The notes beneath the pieces were generated by a model. It ran no database searches, was not told the origin of the DNA, and worked only from the letters and a program-made list of their open reading frames with translations. A program made the position numbers and the translations under genes. Shown here piece after piece: positions 46,231-56,535 of a DNA stretch of 64,000 nucleotides. The stretch is from Amoebophrya sp. A120 (Eukaryota > Protista > Dinoflagellata): positions 2,910,158 to 2,974,157 of the forward strand of contig CAJINV010000013.1 in NCBI GenBank assembly GCA_905178155.1, written 5' to 3'. Each line of letters begins with the position of its first letter. Position 1 is the first letter of the stretch.

Positions 46231-49030
46231 GGCTCCCCGAACCACCGCCGGACACCCCGCGGGCAGATAAGTTCAGGACGCGGAAGCAGTGGCAGCAGGA
46301 AATGGTGGCCTGGAGAGACCAAACCATTGCGTACATCGATCGGTTCGAATTTGAGGGGGACCAACTTGAGTCCGATGGGACCTCCTCCGAGGAAGACGGG
46401 GAGATGCGATCCCATACCGGAAGCACCAAGGTGCAGGGCAGCGACGTCGACGAGGGACCCGCGCCGGGAAGTTCGATCCATGGGGGATCGGGCGTTGAGA
46501 CCGGTTCCCTGGCGGGCGAGGATGTCGTGAGCATGATGGATCAAAACCTCAACAACAACTTCCAGGAAGTTGTTGACAAAAAACCTCCACACGATCACGG
46601 CCAGGACCACCACACGACGACGACCGAAGGAGGAGCAGCTGTTCCACCTGGTGCGGACGAAAATAGTACCTACAACCGAGGCCACGTTGAGAACAACGAT
46701 TCGGGGCGCGCAGTTCAACACCAGCCGTCGAGCTCTTCTTCGCAAAGTCCTCAACCTCAGCTAGAACAAATCACCAGCACTGCAGCTCGAAAAAACAGCA
46801 AGAGCGAAATTCTCCCGCCCCCGAGTGGAGCTGGTCCGGCAGCGGGGTCGTTCTTTGTAGGGCAGCGTCAACATGATGCGTTTACGTCAGGAGTGAAAAA
46901 GAACCGCGCGGCTTCTAGCAGCAGTGTTACTTCTACCAGTAGCTTCGCCCAGCAGCAGTGGCTGAGGGAGCAGCAGCAATTCCAGCAGCCGCCGCACGGC
47001 GGTGGTTTACTATTTCAGCATTCGGGCGGGTCGTCGAGGGTGAATTCTGTGAGCAGTGACCGTCCGCGACCTGGGGAGCGAAAGAATTCGAAAGTCCTGC
47101 CGCCGCCACAGAGAACGAAAAGCGGCTCTCTGGAATTGAGTCGCTCGTCGTCCCAAAGGATGATGTCAAGGGCCAACTATCAAAATGAAAAATCCGCCCA
47201 CCCCATATTCAAACTAGAAATTTGTGATGCAGATTTGTGGTCACAAATCAGCTTTGTCATGCTAGACAGGAAAAGATGCGGACTGTAGTGCTGGTTGGCG
47301 TGGGGAAACCTTGCATCTTCAGCATGAAAGGGGGCAGCTGGAAGTGGGAAACAGCATTACAAATTGCCTGCAAACGAGGCCGCCGCTGCGTCTCTTGGCC
47401 TCCTAGCATTACAAGTCGATTTGTGTACTCAAATACAGCTTCACAAATTTCGTTTTCGATATGGGGAGGGGGGATTTTTCCTCCTGATACCAACAACAGT
47501 AGCAACATGATGGGCCACAAAACACGAGGTCACGACAAAAATCTTCCACAAAACACACAGTTTTCAACATCGGACGAAGGTAAAGTTTCCCGTGCGCAGG
47601 ATTATATTGCGGCCGCGGACACCACACGGAGGCTGGACGAACAGAGTCGCGACCATCTGCTGGCGGTGCGGGCCAACGAGGAGCGGAAGCGGCAAATGCA
47701 GGAGCAGGGGCTGATTCAGGAGCGGGAAAAGCGCGTGGGCGCGATGAGTGCCATTGAGAATGTCGGGAAGGATATCATGGGTTGGGACGCGAACTTCGGC
47801 GGCGAGGATGCTGCTGCGGCACGGCAGGCGGACGAGTTGCTGGGGACGGTAGACACCGGCCTAGGTTGTAGTGGTGGTTCCGGCATTAACGGGTCGGCTT
47901 CATCCGCCTGCTTGTCTTCTGGTAGTAGCGGGATTATCCCGCCCGGGCAGCAGTGCAGCTGGGAGGAGGTGCAAGAGGAATTTCACCCCTTGTACCAAAA
48001 GCCAGATTACAAGAACAAGATTGACGATCTTCTCGACGGAGGCGGGAACGCACGCGTCCGGAACGCCATTTATGCGTCGCAAATTAGCGCCCTGGTGGAA
48101 GAGTCAGTATTTGGCATATGCCCATGGTCATGACTTCTGTGATGCATGCCCTAGCATCACAGATTTGTGGAGGGCTGCTTGATGCCTTCCCCGCATCAGA
48201 AATGCCCGCTCCGCGTAGCACAACCACCAAGTGGACTCTTTTTGCTGGTTATGCAATGCAGCTCTTTATTATTCCCAAACTCGACTGATCCTTCCAGACC
48301 CAGACACGTTTGCAATGCATACCATTGTGCCGAGTACGATCCCCGGCTTGGAAACGCATATTCCCGGCATGGAAATTTCAGAAGAGAAAAGCACTGAAGA
48401 AGCTGGTAATAACTGTGCAGTGGACCTTTACCAGGGACAAGTAAGCAGCGATCGGATTGCCGGGATTATCCTATGTAAAAACGTCCCCACACCATAGTTG
48501 TAATGCAGATTTGCAAAGACAGGAAGACTTGTAATGCGCATCCGCATGAGAGCCATTTTCAATCGTGTTTTGGAATTTGTGATGCTGTGAACAGGATGAG
48601 CAGATGAATCTGTGACGCGGCTGCACTTGCTAACCTGCACTACACTGCAGAGTGCAACTCGTCATGCGTGACTCACAAAACTCCTAGGTTTGTGTTGCAA
48701 AATCCCCTTCCTGACTCTGGTGTGGGTACGTTTTTACTCAGGATAGCAATGGTGCTGGCAGGAGCAACTTCTAGCAGTACTACAGACTCTACGATCTTGG
48801 GCATGCCTTCCCGTCAACAGCAGGAGCATCTGCAAAACGGGAACGATGGTATTGAGTCTTTCTTGAGCAACTTCGACCAGTTCGCCCCAGCAGCCGGTGT
48901 ACCGGATAATATGCAGCAACAGCGAGAGCATTTGCCCGCAATGGCGGTGAACGCGGTCGTGCCAACGCCCGTGCGCTCGAACATGAGGAACAACGCCATC
49001 GGCTCAGTTTTGAATCAGGCGATGATATGA
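46231..49030 (+). CDS. Hypothetical low-complexity protein, spliced (5' end not defined)
   Basis: ORFs 46302, 47237, 48231 and 48668 join in frame when 47178-47489, 48071-48321 and 48467-48745 are removed (SRAN-NSSNM; RNAI-VPSTIPG; RIAG-M-VLAG). Confidence 0.7.
47178..47489. mobile_element. Introner, family B
   Basis: TATCAAAATGAAAAATCCGCCCACCCCATAT ... ATATGGGGAGGGGGGATTTTTCCTCCTGATA; perfect TSD CCAAC. Confidence 0.9.
48071..48321. mobile_element. Introner, family A' (left TIR decayed)
   Basis: TATGCGTCGCAAA ... TTCCAGACCCAGACACGTTTGCAATGCATA; perfect TSD CCATT. Confidence 0.82.
48467..48745. mobile_element. Introner, family C
   Basis: 279 bp, about 15 substitutions from 26364-26642 by eye; TSD GGGAT/GCAAT. 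Confidence 0.93.
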
Positions 49031-49927
49031 AGAAAGCCATATGCAGGCGAGTGCAGGCAAGTGGTCCTTCTATTATTTGTTCTTTTTTGTGTATACACAC
49101 ACTTGACATAATGTGAAGAGGACCACCGAATTTTCCGTTCTTTACCACCTCATGGAAGTCGTCCTTCATATCAACATTTTTGTGCTACACGACAACTGCC
49201 TGACACTGCCTTTAGCTCGTGATGCGCACCTTCTGAGTTTTTAGTTCTTTATTAGTACCAAATAGAACTCATGAAGGGCGCTGGACTACTTTTGCTTCAT
49301 GAAATAGTGAATAGTGAATATTAAATTCTCATTTTGGATCTTATTGTTATCTTCGATAAGTATAAGTGATGTGTGACCTCGATATGCGGTCCGGAGACCA
49401 ACAAGATACGAACGCAGAGGCGCGCCTTCGTGTCTGTTTCTGTTTCTGTGCATGAGTGCTTACGACGAGCCAAAAGAGCTGATTGAAGGTCGTAGTTCTG
49501 GTTTTGTTTTTGCAAAAATCGACTGCAGCCGCGGATAAGTACATAGGATCGTTCTGTGTTGATAGGCAGACAGAACTGGTGACTCACGGAAACTCACTGA
49601 TAGGCACAGCTTTAGGACCTGGAATTGGTTTGCAGGATCGACTGATCAATTTATCTTGACTCATATACATCTTACAGCTTGCTGTCATTTTTTTCTTGTT
49701 CCGACGTGCTTTAATGAAGTACTTACTTTGTTGGAATTCTTGTTCAATTTTTCTGGCATTACTATCGCTGCTAAAGGTTTACTGAAGTCAACATCTAGAA
49801 TTCGAACTCACTGGATCTGAGCCCAATAGTGAAGCCCTTTTCTTGTCCTCTGCCGATAAAATTCCTTGTTCTGCTTTTGCGAGCAGTGCTGAAAAAGCAT
49901 TTGTTCACACCAGCAACAGAAAACAAA

Positions 49928-52900
49928 ATGATAACCCGACATATTTTATTTGCCAAGTTTTCTCTCCTGCTCACTACCCTGACCGGTTGGGATTTGCGGT
50001 TCTGCGAAGGCTCAGCGACGACCCCGTTTCTTCCGAAGAATACGAGACAGGACTACAACAACAGCATCGACGCAAATGCGGCTTCGAGTACGAGCTCTAC
50101 TTGGATCGACGCTCGGAACAAAACTACTCCAGATACGATCACGGCTGCGGATTTTCTGCAGTTCCAAAGAAGGCGATCCTGTGCGCGCGGGACCGCGACG
50201 CTTGTGTGCGCTTTCAATTTCTGTTTTGCACTCAGCTGGTTTTCAGGGAGTGGCTCAACTTCGGTGAGGAATTATAGCCATGGTCTTGTTCCACATGGAG
50301 GTTCATCTATGCAGACGCAAATGCTCGCGGTGCACAAGAAAGCAAGGCCGCAACTCAGGACGTTCGATGACACGGCTGCGCTGCAGGAGAGCATTTACAC
50401 GTTCAACGACACCGCGCTGGACCAACATGTCGCCGAGTATCAAATGCAAAAATGTCTGGGTCTGGAAGAGTTGGAACTTGTGATGCAAACTCTGGAAGAC
50501 GCAAAACCTTGTGTTGCATGAGCGCCAAAAGCTGTCCATTTCTTGGTCCGCAAGTAGGAAGCTTCTCATGCAGGACAGGCATCATGAGGCGTGCTCAAAA
50601 CCTGTGATGCTTTTGCCTGCATCAGACGCTATTTGCGTGATCCGAAATATGCATGACAAATCTCGTAATCTGGCAGACCCAGACATTTTTACATTTGATA
50701 CCGAACCAGGAGAATCAATTTCGAGGTTCAACGCGGAAGGACTGCAGACCGGGTGGCGCTCCGAGTCGCTTCTACCTACATTCAGTCCTCCTTTTGGAAT
50801 GAACATGAAGTCCGCTAGTGTAGGAGTTCCAGGAAGTAGAGCAGGGCCTCCTTCGACATACACAGGAGCTTCTGCGGAGGATCACATAGGTGTTCCGCTG
50901 CCGTCCGCTCCCAGGGACGAGTCCCCCGGCGGTTTTCCTTCCTCCAGCAGATCGTTGCTGGACCACCAGCAGACCACCACCACGCAGGATCTTGAGCTCG
51001 GTCGTTTTGACTTCGAGCAGCGTTTCGGGAAGGAGGAGCTGAAAAGGAGCGTCGTGAACAAAAGCGCACTGAAACGCAACGTGGTGGGCGACACGTACTC
51101 GAAGGAAGAAGAGCAGGGGTACGGCAAGGCGGCGCTCCACGCAGCGACACCCTGGGCAGTTGTGCCTTTTCCTGTCGTGCAGCCGCTGGGCGGGCCGATA
51201 TCGGCTTCTGGGGTTGACTTTTTGCGACGGGGAGCGAGTTGGGACACAGAAGTGAGTCAGCAGGACAAGATTAGCTCTGACCCGCGAAGAACGGCGGAGA
51301 AGGGAACAAAGCAAGTCCGAGTTCCTCTTTCTTCTTCTGTGTCTTCCCCAGCCCCGGACGGGAAAGATCAAGTTGGAAGAGGTGTTGACGCGGAAAAGAA
51401 AACCACTCCGAGCGGAGACGACCCAAGAGCAGGCCAGGCACTCTACAAAACGAAGCACGGGGCGATGTACGGCAACGTAAAGGAGTTCGAGGGCACCGTC
51501 GTGCACGAATTTTTAGGCATTCCCTACGCGAAGCCGCCGGTCGGAGAACTGCGGTTCAAAAGCCCGCAGGATGTGGAGTCGTGGTAAAATAAGTAGATGA
51601 GAACACTTTTTTTCTGCATGGCATGGAAATCAGAAATAATAACTGAAGCCACTTTCCTAAAAGGTTATTTGAAAAATTCAGAAGACCCATCAACATCGAC
51701 AGGTCTCCTCGGATTCTGGACGCGACGCAGCAAAGATTTTACTGTCCGCAGAAGCCTGTCGAGTACATTCCGAAAAGGCAGCAAAGCGAAGACTGTCTTA
51801 CCCTTTCTGTCTGGGTGCCACAACAGATTCCTGAACAAGATAAAGCTGGTGGTGGTGCCCGGGAATCAACGACGAAAAGAACAACCACAGGAAATAGAAT
51901 AGCGTCGAGGAACGAGCCCAAGCGTAAAAATATTACTAAAAACAAGCTTCCCATTCTCGTCTGGATCCACGGGGGCTCGTTCCACGCCGATTGGCCGAAT
52001 CCGAATCCTCTTTACGACGGCACGAAACTGGCCGCGGTCGGGAATGTTATCGTCGCAACGGTGAACTACCGGTTGGGAGCTGTCGGCGCCATGTCGTTTT
52101 CCGAGTCGCAAGACAAGATTTCCGATCTTCTTCCCGGGAACCAAGCGATGCTGGATCAGCAGAAAGCGCTCGAGTTCTTGAAGGAGAATTTTGCGTCAAC
52201 CTCGTCCTCGCTGCACTCCCTCGGCGACCCCGACAGAATTACGGTGTTTGGGCAGTCGTCCGGCGGGGTGCAGACCGCGTTTCACTTGGTATCCTTCCTG
52301 AACAAAAAAGTCAACCTCTTCGGCGCGTTCCCCATGGCGAACTTCGCTCTGCATCACCAGTCAGAACCCCTGAAGAACGCCCTGGAACTGGGGAAGAAGC
52401 TCGGGTGTGGCAAAGTAGGAGGTCACAGCGAGATCATGTCGGGCGGTGGTCATCTTGGTGATGGACACGATCAAAATGCATCGACTTCTTTGGAGGGTAG
52501 TAGTAAGGCAGGAAAAATTCGTGTGGCGGATGAGCCAGAAATTACAGGAGCAGCTTCTGAAGCCGGATCTGAAATACAGCAGTCTCTCCTGACGTGCCTG
52601 CAGCAAGTCCCCATCGAGCAGATCGTGAATCTCCAAGACTGGGTCGGGGATTGGACCACGTGGACCCCGGTGGTCGACGGCTTTATGTTCCACAAGCCAG
52701 CAGAAGATGTACGTGAGTTGGCCGGTAGTTCAACATCGAGTACTACTGAGAATCCCCACGATAGATCGTCTTTTCTATCCCAGTCCAGCGCGTTGCCAAA
52801 GTCTTTGAAAGACTCCAGCGCGTTCGACATTTCTCCGATGAAAAACGTCGCGCTGCTTGCCGGATGCAACTCTGGAGAAGCCGGTCCCGACAAATCCATC

Positions 52901-54469
52901 GTGAACCAGGACCAGTTTGACGCGGTGGTGCAGAATATGGTGAAGAAGACGGGGTGGTTAAAAACTACAAATCGCGACATGTTGGGAAAAAAACCTTCCG
53001 AAGAAGGTCCACGAGGAGCAAAGCAAGGTCCTCTGACGGAGCAACAGCTCGTTGCCGTCCGCGACTTTTACTTGAACAGAATCTCGGCCGACACGAAGAT
53101 CGTTTCCAAATACAACTACGGGCTGGACTCCGGATTTTCGAAGTATGCGTTAGCTGCGCAGGCGGTCTCGAACGACTTGGATCCGATCCGGGAATTGCGG
53201 GAGTTGGCTTCCTTGCATTTTGACGTGCAGAGCGGAAGGAGAGGACGGGGAGGACGGAGTGGCGAAAAAATCGAGGAAGAACGGCCAGGAGAACAGAGCT
53301 TAGGGTCCGCGAGACCGTGGTCCTCACAGCAGGATCAGAACCACTCTGGAGCTGCACCAACACCAGCAGATGAGGAACACGAGTTCGCATTTTTGGCACG
53401 AAAGAGGGCCGTTAGTACTTCAACAGATGACAGAATAGCAAGCCGCATCAGCAGCTCTACTACCCCGGACGGGAAGGCCGAGCCGGAGTTTCTTTTCGGC
53501 TCAACATCTGCAGGCAGCACCGGAGCTGCATCAGCGTCGGAGGTGCAGCAGCAGGACAAAGACAATGATAAGCCACGAGCCAAAACCTTTGTCTACGAAT
53601 TCACGCACGGGTCCTCCTTCGAGCCGACGTCTTTCCTTTATGACAGTGCACAACTCCCCCTTGCAACAGCAGCAACACAATTGCTGGCATAAATGCAGCT
53701 TTTGCATGACAAATTCGCGACCGATTCCAGTGCTGTTTCGGCTTCCAAAAACCTGTCATGCAAGAAGTGGCAAAGAGAAAAGGGTGGATTTGGTATTTTG
53801 CATGACAAATGAGGGGGAGGGGGAGTTGTGCATTGTCATATCCTTCCGATCAAACCGGACCCGAGTTCGACCAATTCGTCCGCTGCGGTCGAGAAGTGGC
53901 GGCAACAGTGGGACCAGTGGCAGTCGATAAATGAACAGCAACGGATGAGGGAGGAGGAGAAGCAGTGGTACCACTACCTCGCCCCGCACGGTGCGGAACT
54001 GGATTTCCTGTGGGGCCGGGCGATTGACTTGGGGACGGAGGAGGAGAAATTATTGTCGAAATTGTTCATGAAATACGTTGCGAATTTCGCCTACACAGGG
54101 GACCCAAACTCCGGACCGCACGAACCCCTGCCGATCCCGTTCTGGCCGGAGTTTGTAAATAGCGGAACAGTAATATCACCGCGAGGAGGAGACTCTTCGT
54201 CAGGCCCATCCGTCGGTGGCGGCGGAGGGTCAATGGTTATTGATAATTTTACCAGGTGGGAATGGGATAGTAGTTATGCACCAGAGGAAAATGAAAATAT
54301 GGAAAAGCAAACGGCAACAACGTCAAAGATAGTGGCAAACGGAGTTTCTATAAAAACGATCGCGGATGCCTTTGGCCCGCGGGGACCGGAGTTTCAGTTT
54401 TGGCGAACCTTGCTTGAGTTGCCGGAGGGGGACATGTTCCGTCCGGATTTTTTGAACCCGCAGCCGTAA
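49928..54469 (+). CDS. Type-B carboxylesterase / cholinesterase-like alpha/beta hydrolase, probably secreted or membrane-anchored
   Basis: Motifs FLGIPYAKPPVGELRF, SEDCLTLSVW, VWIHGGSF, NYRLG, GNQAMLDQ, GDPDRITVFGQSSGG (nucleophile Ser), GCNSGEAG (Glu), HGAELDFLWG (His), NFAYTGDPN, and a hydrophobic N-terminus. Introners 50438-50700 and 53639-53840; GT-AG intron 51584-51702. Confidence 0.9.
50438..50700. mobile_element. Introner, family A
   Basis: TATCAAATGCAAAAATGTCTGGGTCTG ... CAGACCCAGACATTTTTACATTTGATA; TSD CCGAG/CCGAA; frame restored (HVAE-PGES). Confidence 0.92.
53639..53840. mobile_element. Introner, singleton family G
   Basis: TATGACAGTGCACAACTCCCCCT ... AGGGGGAGTTGTGCATTGTCATA (23-bp TIR, 1 mismatch); perfect TSD TCCTT; frame restored (TSFL-PIKP). 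Confidence 0.92.
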
Positions 54470-55433
54470 GGAGGGTTTTTTTGTCTTTATGCATTGACTA
54501 AAGCACGCTGCAGCAACAGCGTCGCTTTTTATTTGCTTTTCACGTCTGCGAAATAATACGAATTTACAGAAGTCAATTTCTCAGCTCACCACACCCGGGA
54601 GCGGGCAAGAGGTTTCTGATCTAAGTAGTTTTGTCTGTGCAATTTTGGAGAATTGATAACACGATACTTTACAGCATGTTGTTTCCAAGTACTCGACAGA
54701 TCTATTGCGATTCATATGGGAGACGTCTTTTGTCATCGTTCCTTAAAGTTTTACTTACTACCTATGACCGCTGTGGCGTACCAGACGAGGCGCCTTTATG
54801 GCTTTTTTGGGAATACAGCGGGAGTGGCATTGTAATCGCTTGAGAATAAAGGAAGTTGAAAATGAGCACCGCATGACAATAAAGCTGGAATTTGATTTGA
54901 CAATGCAAGATCTTGTTCTGTAGTGCGCAATAGATTTTGATTGAGTTTTAACGCTGGCTTTGCTTCAGTGCTTGGCCGTCGATCCCCATTCCAATTCTGT
55001 TCTTTAAATAGCATAATAGTATCTTCAAAGTAAGTCGGAGCTGCAGCTTTTGGCTTTGCTTCTAAAGAGTAGTTCCGAGCCGACGACGACGAGAGACCAT
55101 GTTTGTTGATCAGCCTGATGAAGAACACAGACAAAGAAATATAATGTTAGCACGAGCACGAGCTTCTGATCAGCCTGTTCCTGTTAAAGAATTTGAAACT
55201 CGAGCGATGTGCGCCACGAAGATTGAATGAGGTTTCTGTGCAACAGCGATCAACTAGCGTTTAGACGAAAAATACTACAATTGCTTTCTTCGAAGGAATA
55301 TACTTCACGCGTACAATAACTAGCAAAGCCAGCTTCGCCTGGAAGTAGGCATTAGAAATAACGCAAATGTCAGTTAGCATCATCGACATCTAGATAACAA
55401 ATCAAAAAGAAAAAAGCGCCGGCCCCAAAACAA

Positions 55434-55600
55434 GGCCGCGGCGCGCCCAATGTGGTCGTCGCGGCTCCGGCGCGCCCAGATTGGTCGCTCCATTTCCGGC
55501 GCGCCCAGTCTGGTCGTCCCGGCTCCGGCGCGCCCAGAGTGGTCGCCCCAGCTCCGGCGCGCCCAGAGTGGTCGCCCCGGCTTCGGCGCGCCCAATCTCA
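55434..55600. repeat. GC-rich tandem repeat, ~29 bp unit, 5-6 copies
   Basis: Units of GGTCG(T/C)..CGGCTCCGGCGCGCCCAGA(G/T)T. Confidence 0.85.
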
Positions 55601-55609
55601 TCAACCCGG

Positions 55610-56070
55610 CGCCGAACGGCCGTTGGACAACTTCTGGCAGTCCGACGGCCGTCGGACGACTCTGGGTTGTCCGACGGCCGTCGGACGAGTTTCGGCTGTC
55701 CTACGGCCGCCGGACGACTTTCGGTTGTCCGACGGCCGTCGGACGACTTTTGGTTGTCCGACGGCCGTCGGACAATTTTTGGCCGTCGGACGACTTTTGG
55801 CCGTCCGACGGCCGTCGGACAACTTTCGGCTGTCCGACGGCCGTCGGACAACTTCTGGCCGTCCGACGGCCGTCGGACGACTTTTGGCTGTCCGACGGCC
55901 GTCGGACAACTTTTGGCCGTCCGACGGCCGTCGGACGACTTTTGGCTGTCCGACGGGCGTCGGACGACTTTGGGTTGTCCGACGGCCGTCGGACAATTTT
56001 TGGCCGTCGGACAACTTTTGGTTGTCCGACGGCCGGCGGACAACTTCTGGCCGTCCGACGGCCGTCGGAC
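55610..56070. repeat. Palindrome array: 18-bp palindrome GTCCGACGGCCGTCGGAC at 29-bp period, 14 full and 2 half copies
   Basis: Copies start at 55640, 55669, 55698, 55727, 55756, 55803, 55832, 55861, 55890, 55919, 55948, 55977, 56024 and 56053, with 11-bp linkers such as AACTTTTGGCC or GACTTTTGGCT. A degenerate copy precedes the array at ~55610. Confidence 0.95.
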
Positions 56071-56076
56071 GACACT

Positions 56077-56385
56077 TGAAGTCGAAACTAAAACTCAAAC
56101 TCCAAGTTGATTCTAAATCTCAAACTCGAAGTCGAAACTGAAGCTCAAACTTCAAGTTGATTCTGAAACTCGAAGTCGAAACTGAAACTCAAACTCAAAG
56201 TCCAAGTTGATTCTGAAACTCGAAGTCGAAACTGAAACTCAAACTCAAAGTTCAGGTTGATTCTGAAACTTGAAGTCGAAACTGAAACTCAAACTCTAAC
56301 TTAATTCTCAAACTCAAACTCAATGTTGAAACTCAAACTCAATGTTGAGACTCAAACTCAATGTTGAAACTCAAACTCAAACTGA
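56077..56385. repeat. AT-rich tandem repeat (~45-51 bp unit) decaying into AAACTC hexamers
   Basis: About five copies of GAAGTCGAAACTGAAACTCAAACTC...AAGTTGATTCTGAAACTC, then AAACTCAAACTCAATGTTG units. Confidence 0.9.
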
Positions 56386-56535
56386 CATTTGCATTCTTTT
56401 CTGCCAAGGTAGTTAATATCTATACCATGATAAGATTTTTATTTTTGCTCGCGACACAACGGCCACCTATAGGATTGTAAGTAGCCAGTTTAGATAATTG
56501 CTGAGAACTTTTACAAACCAGCACCACAAAAGAAA

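Noticed and set aside
55610-56070. CRISPR array
   Set aside because: Spacers are only 11 bp and nearly identical to one another, there are no cas genes, and the context is eukaryotic. It is a palindromic minisatellite.
55380-56141. Six overlapping repeat-protein ORFs (VRRPSD / CPTAVG / SDGRRT)
   Set aside because: They are a by-product of a stop-free GC-rich palindromic repeat that is open in all frames.
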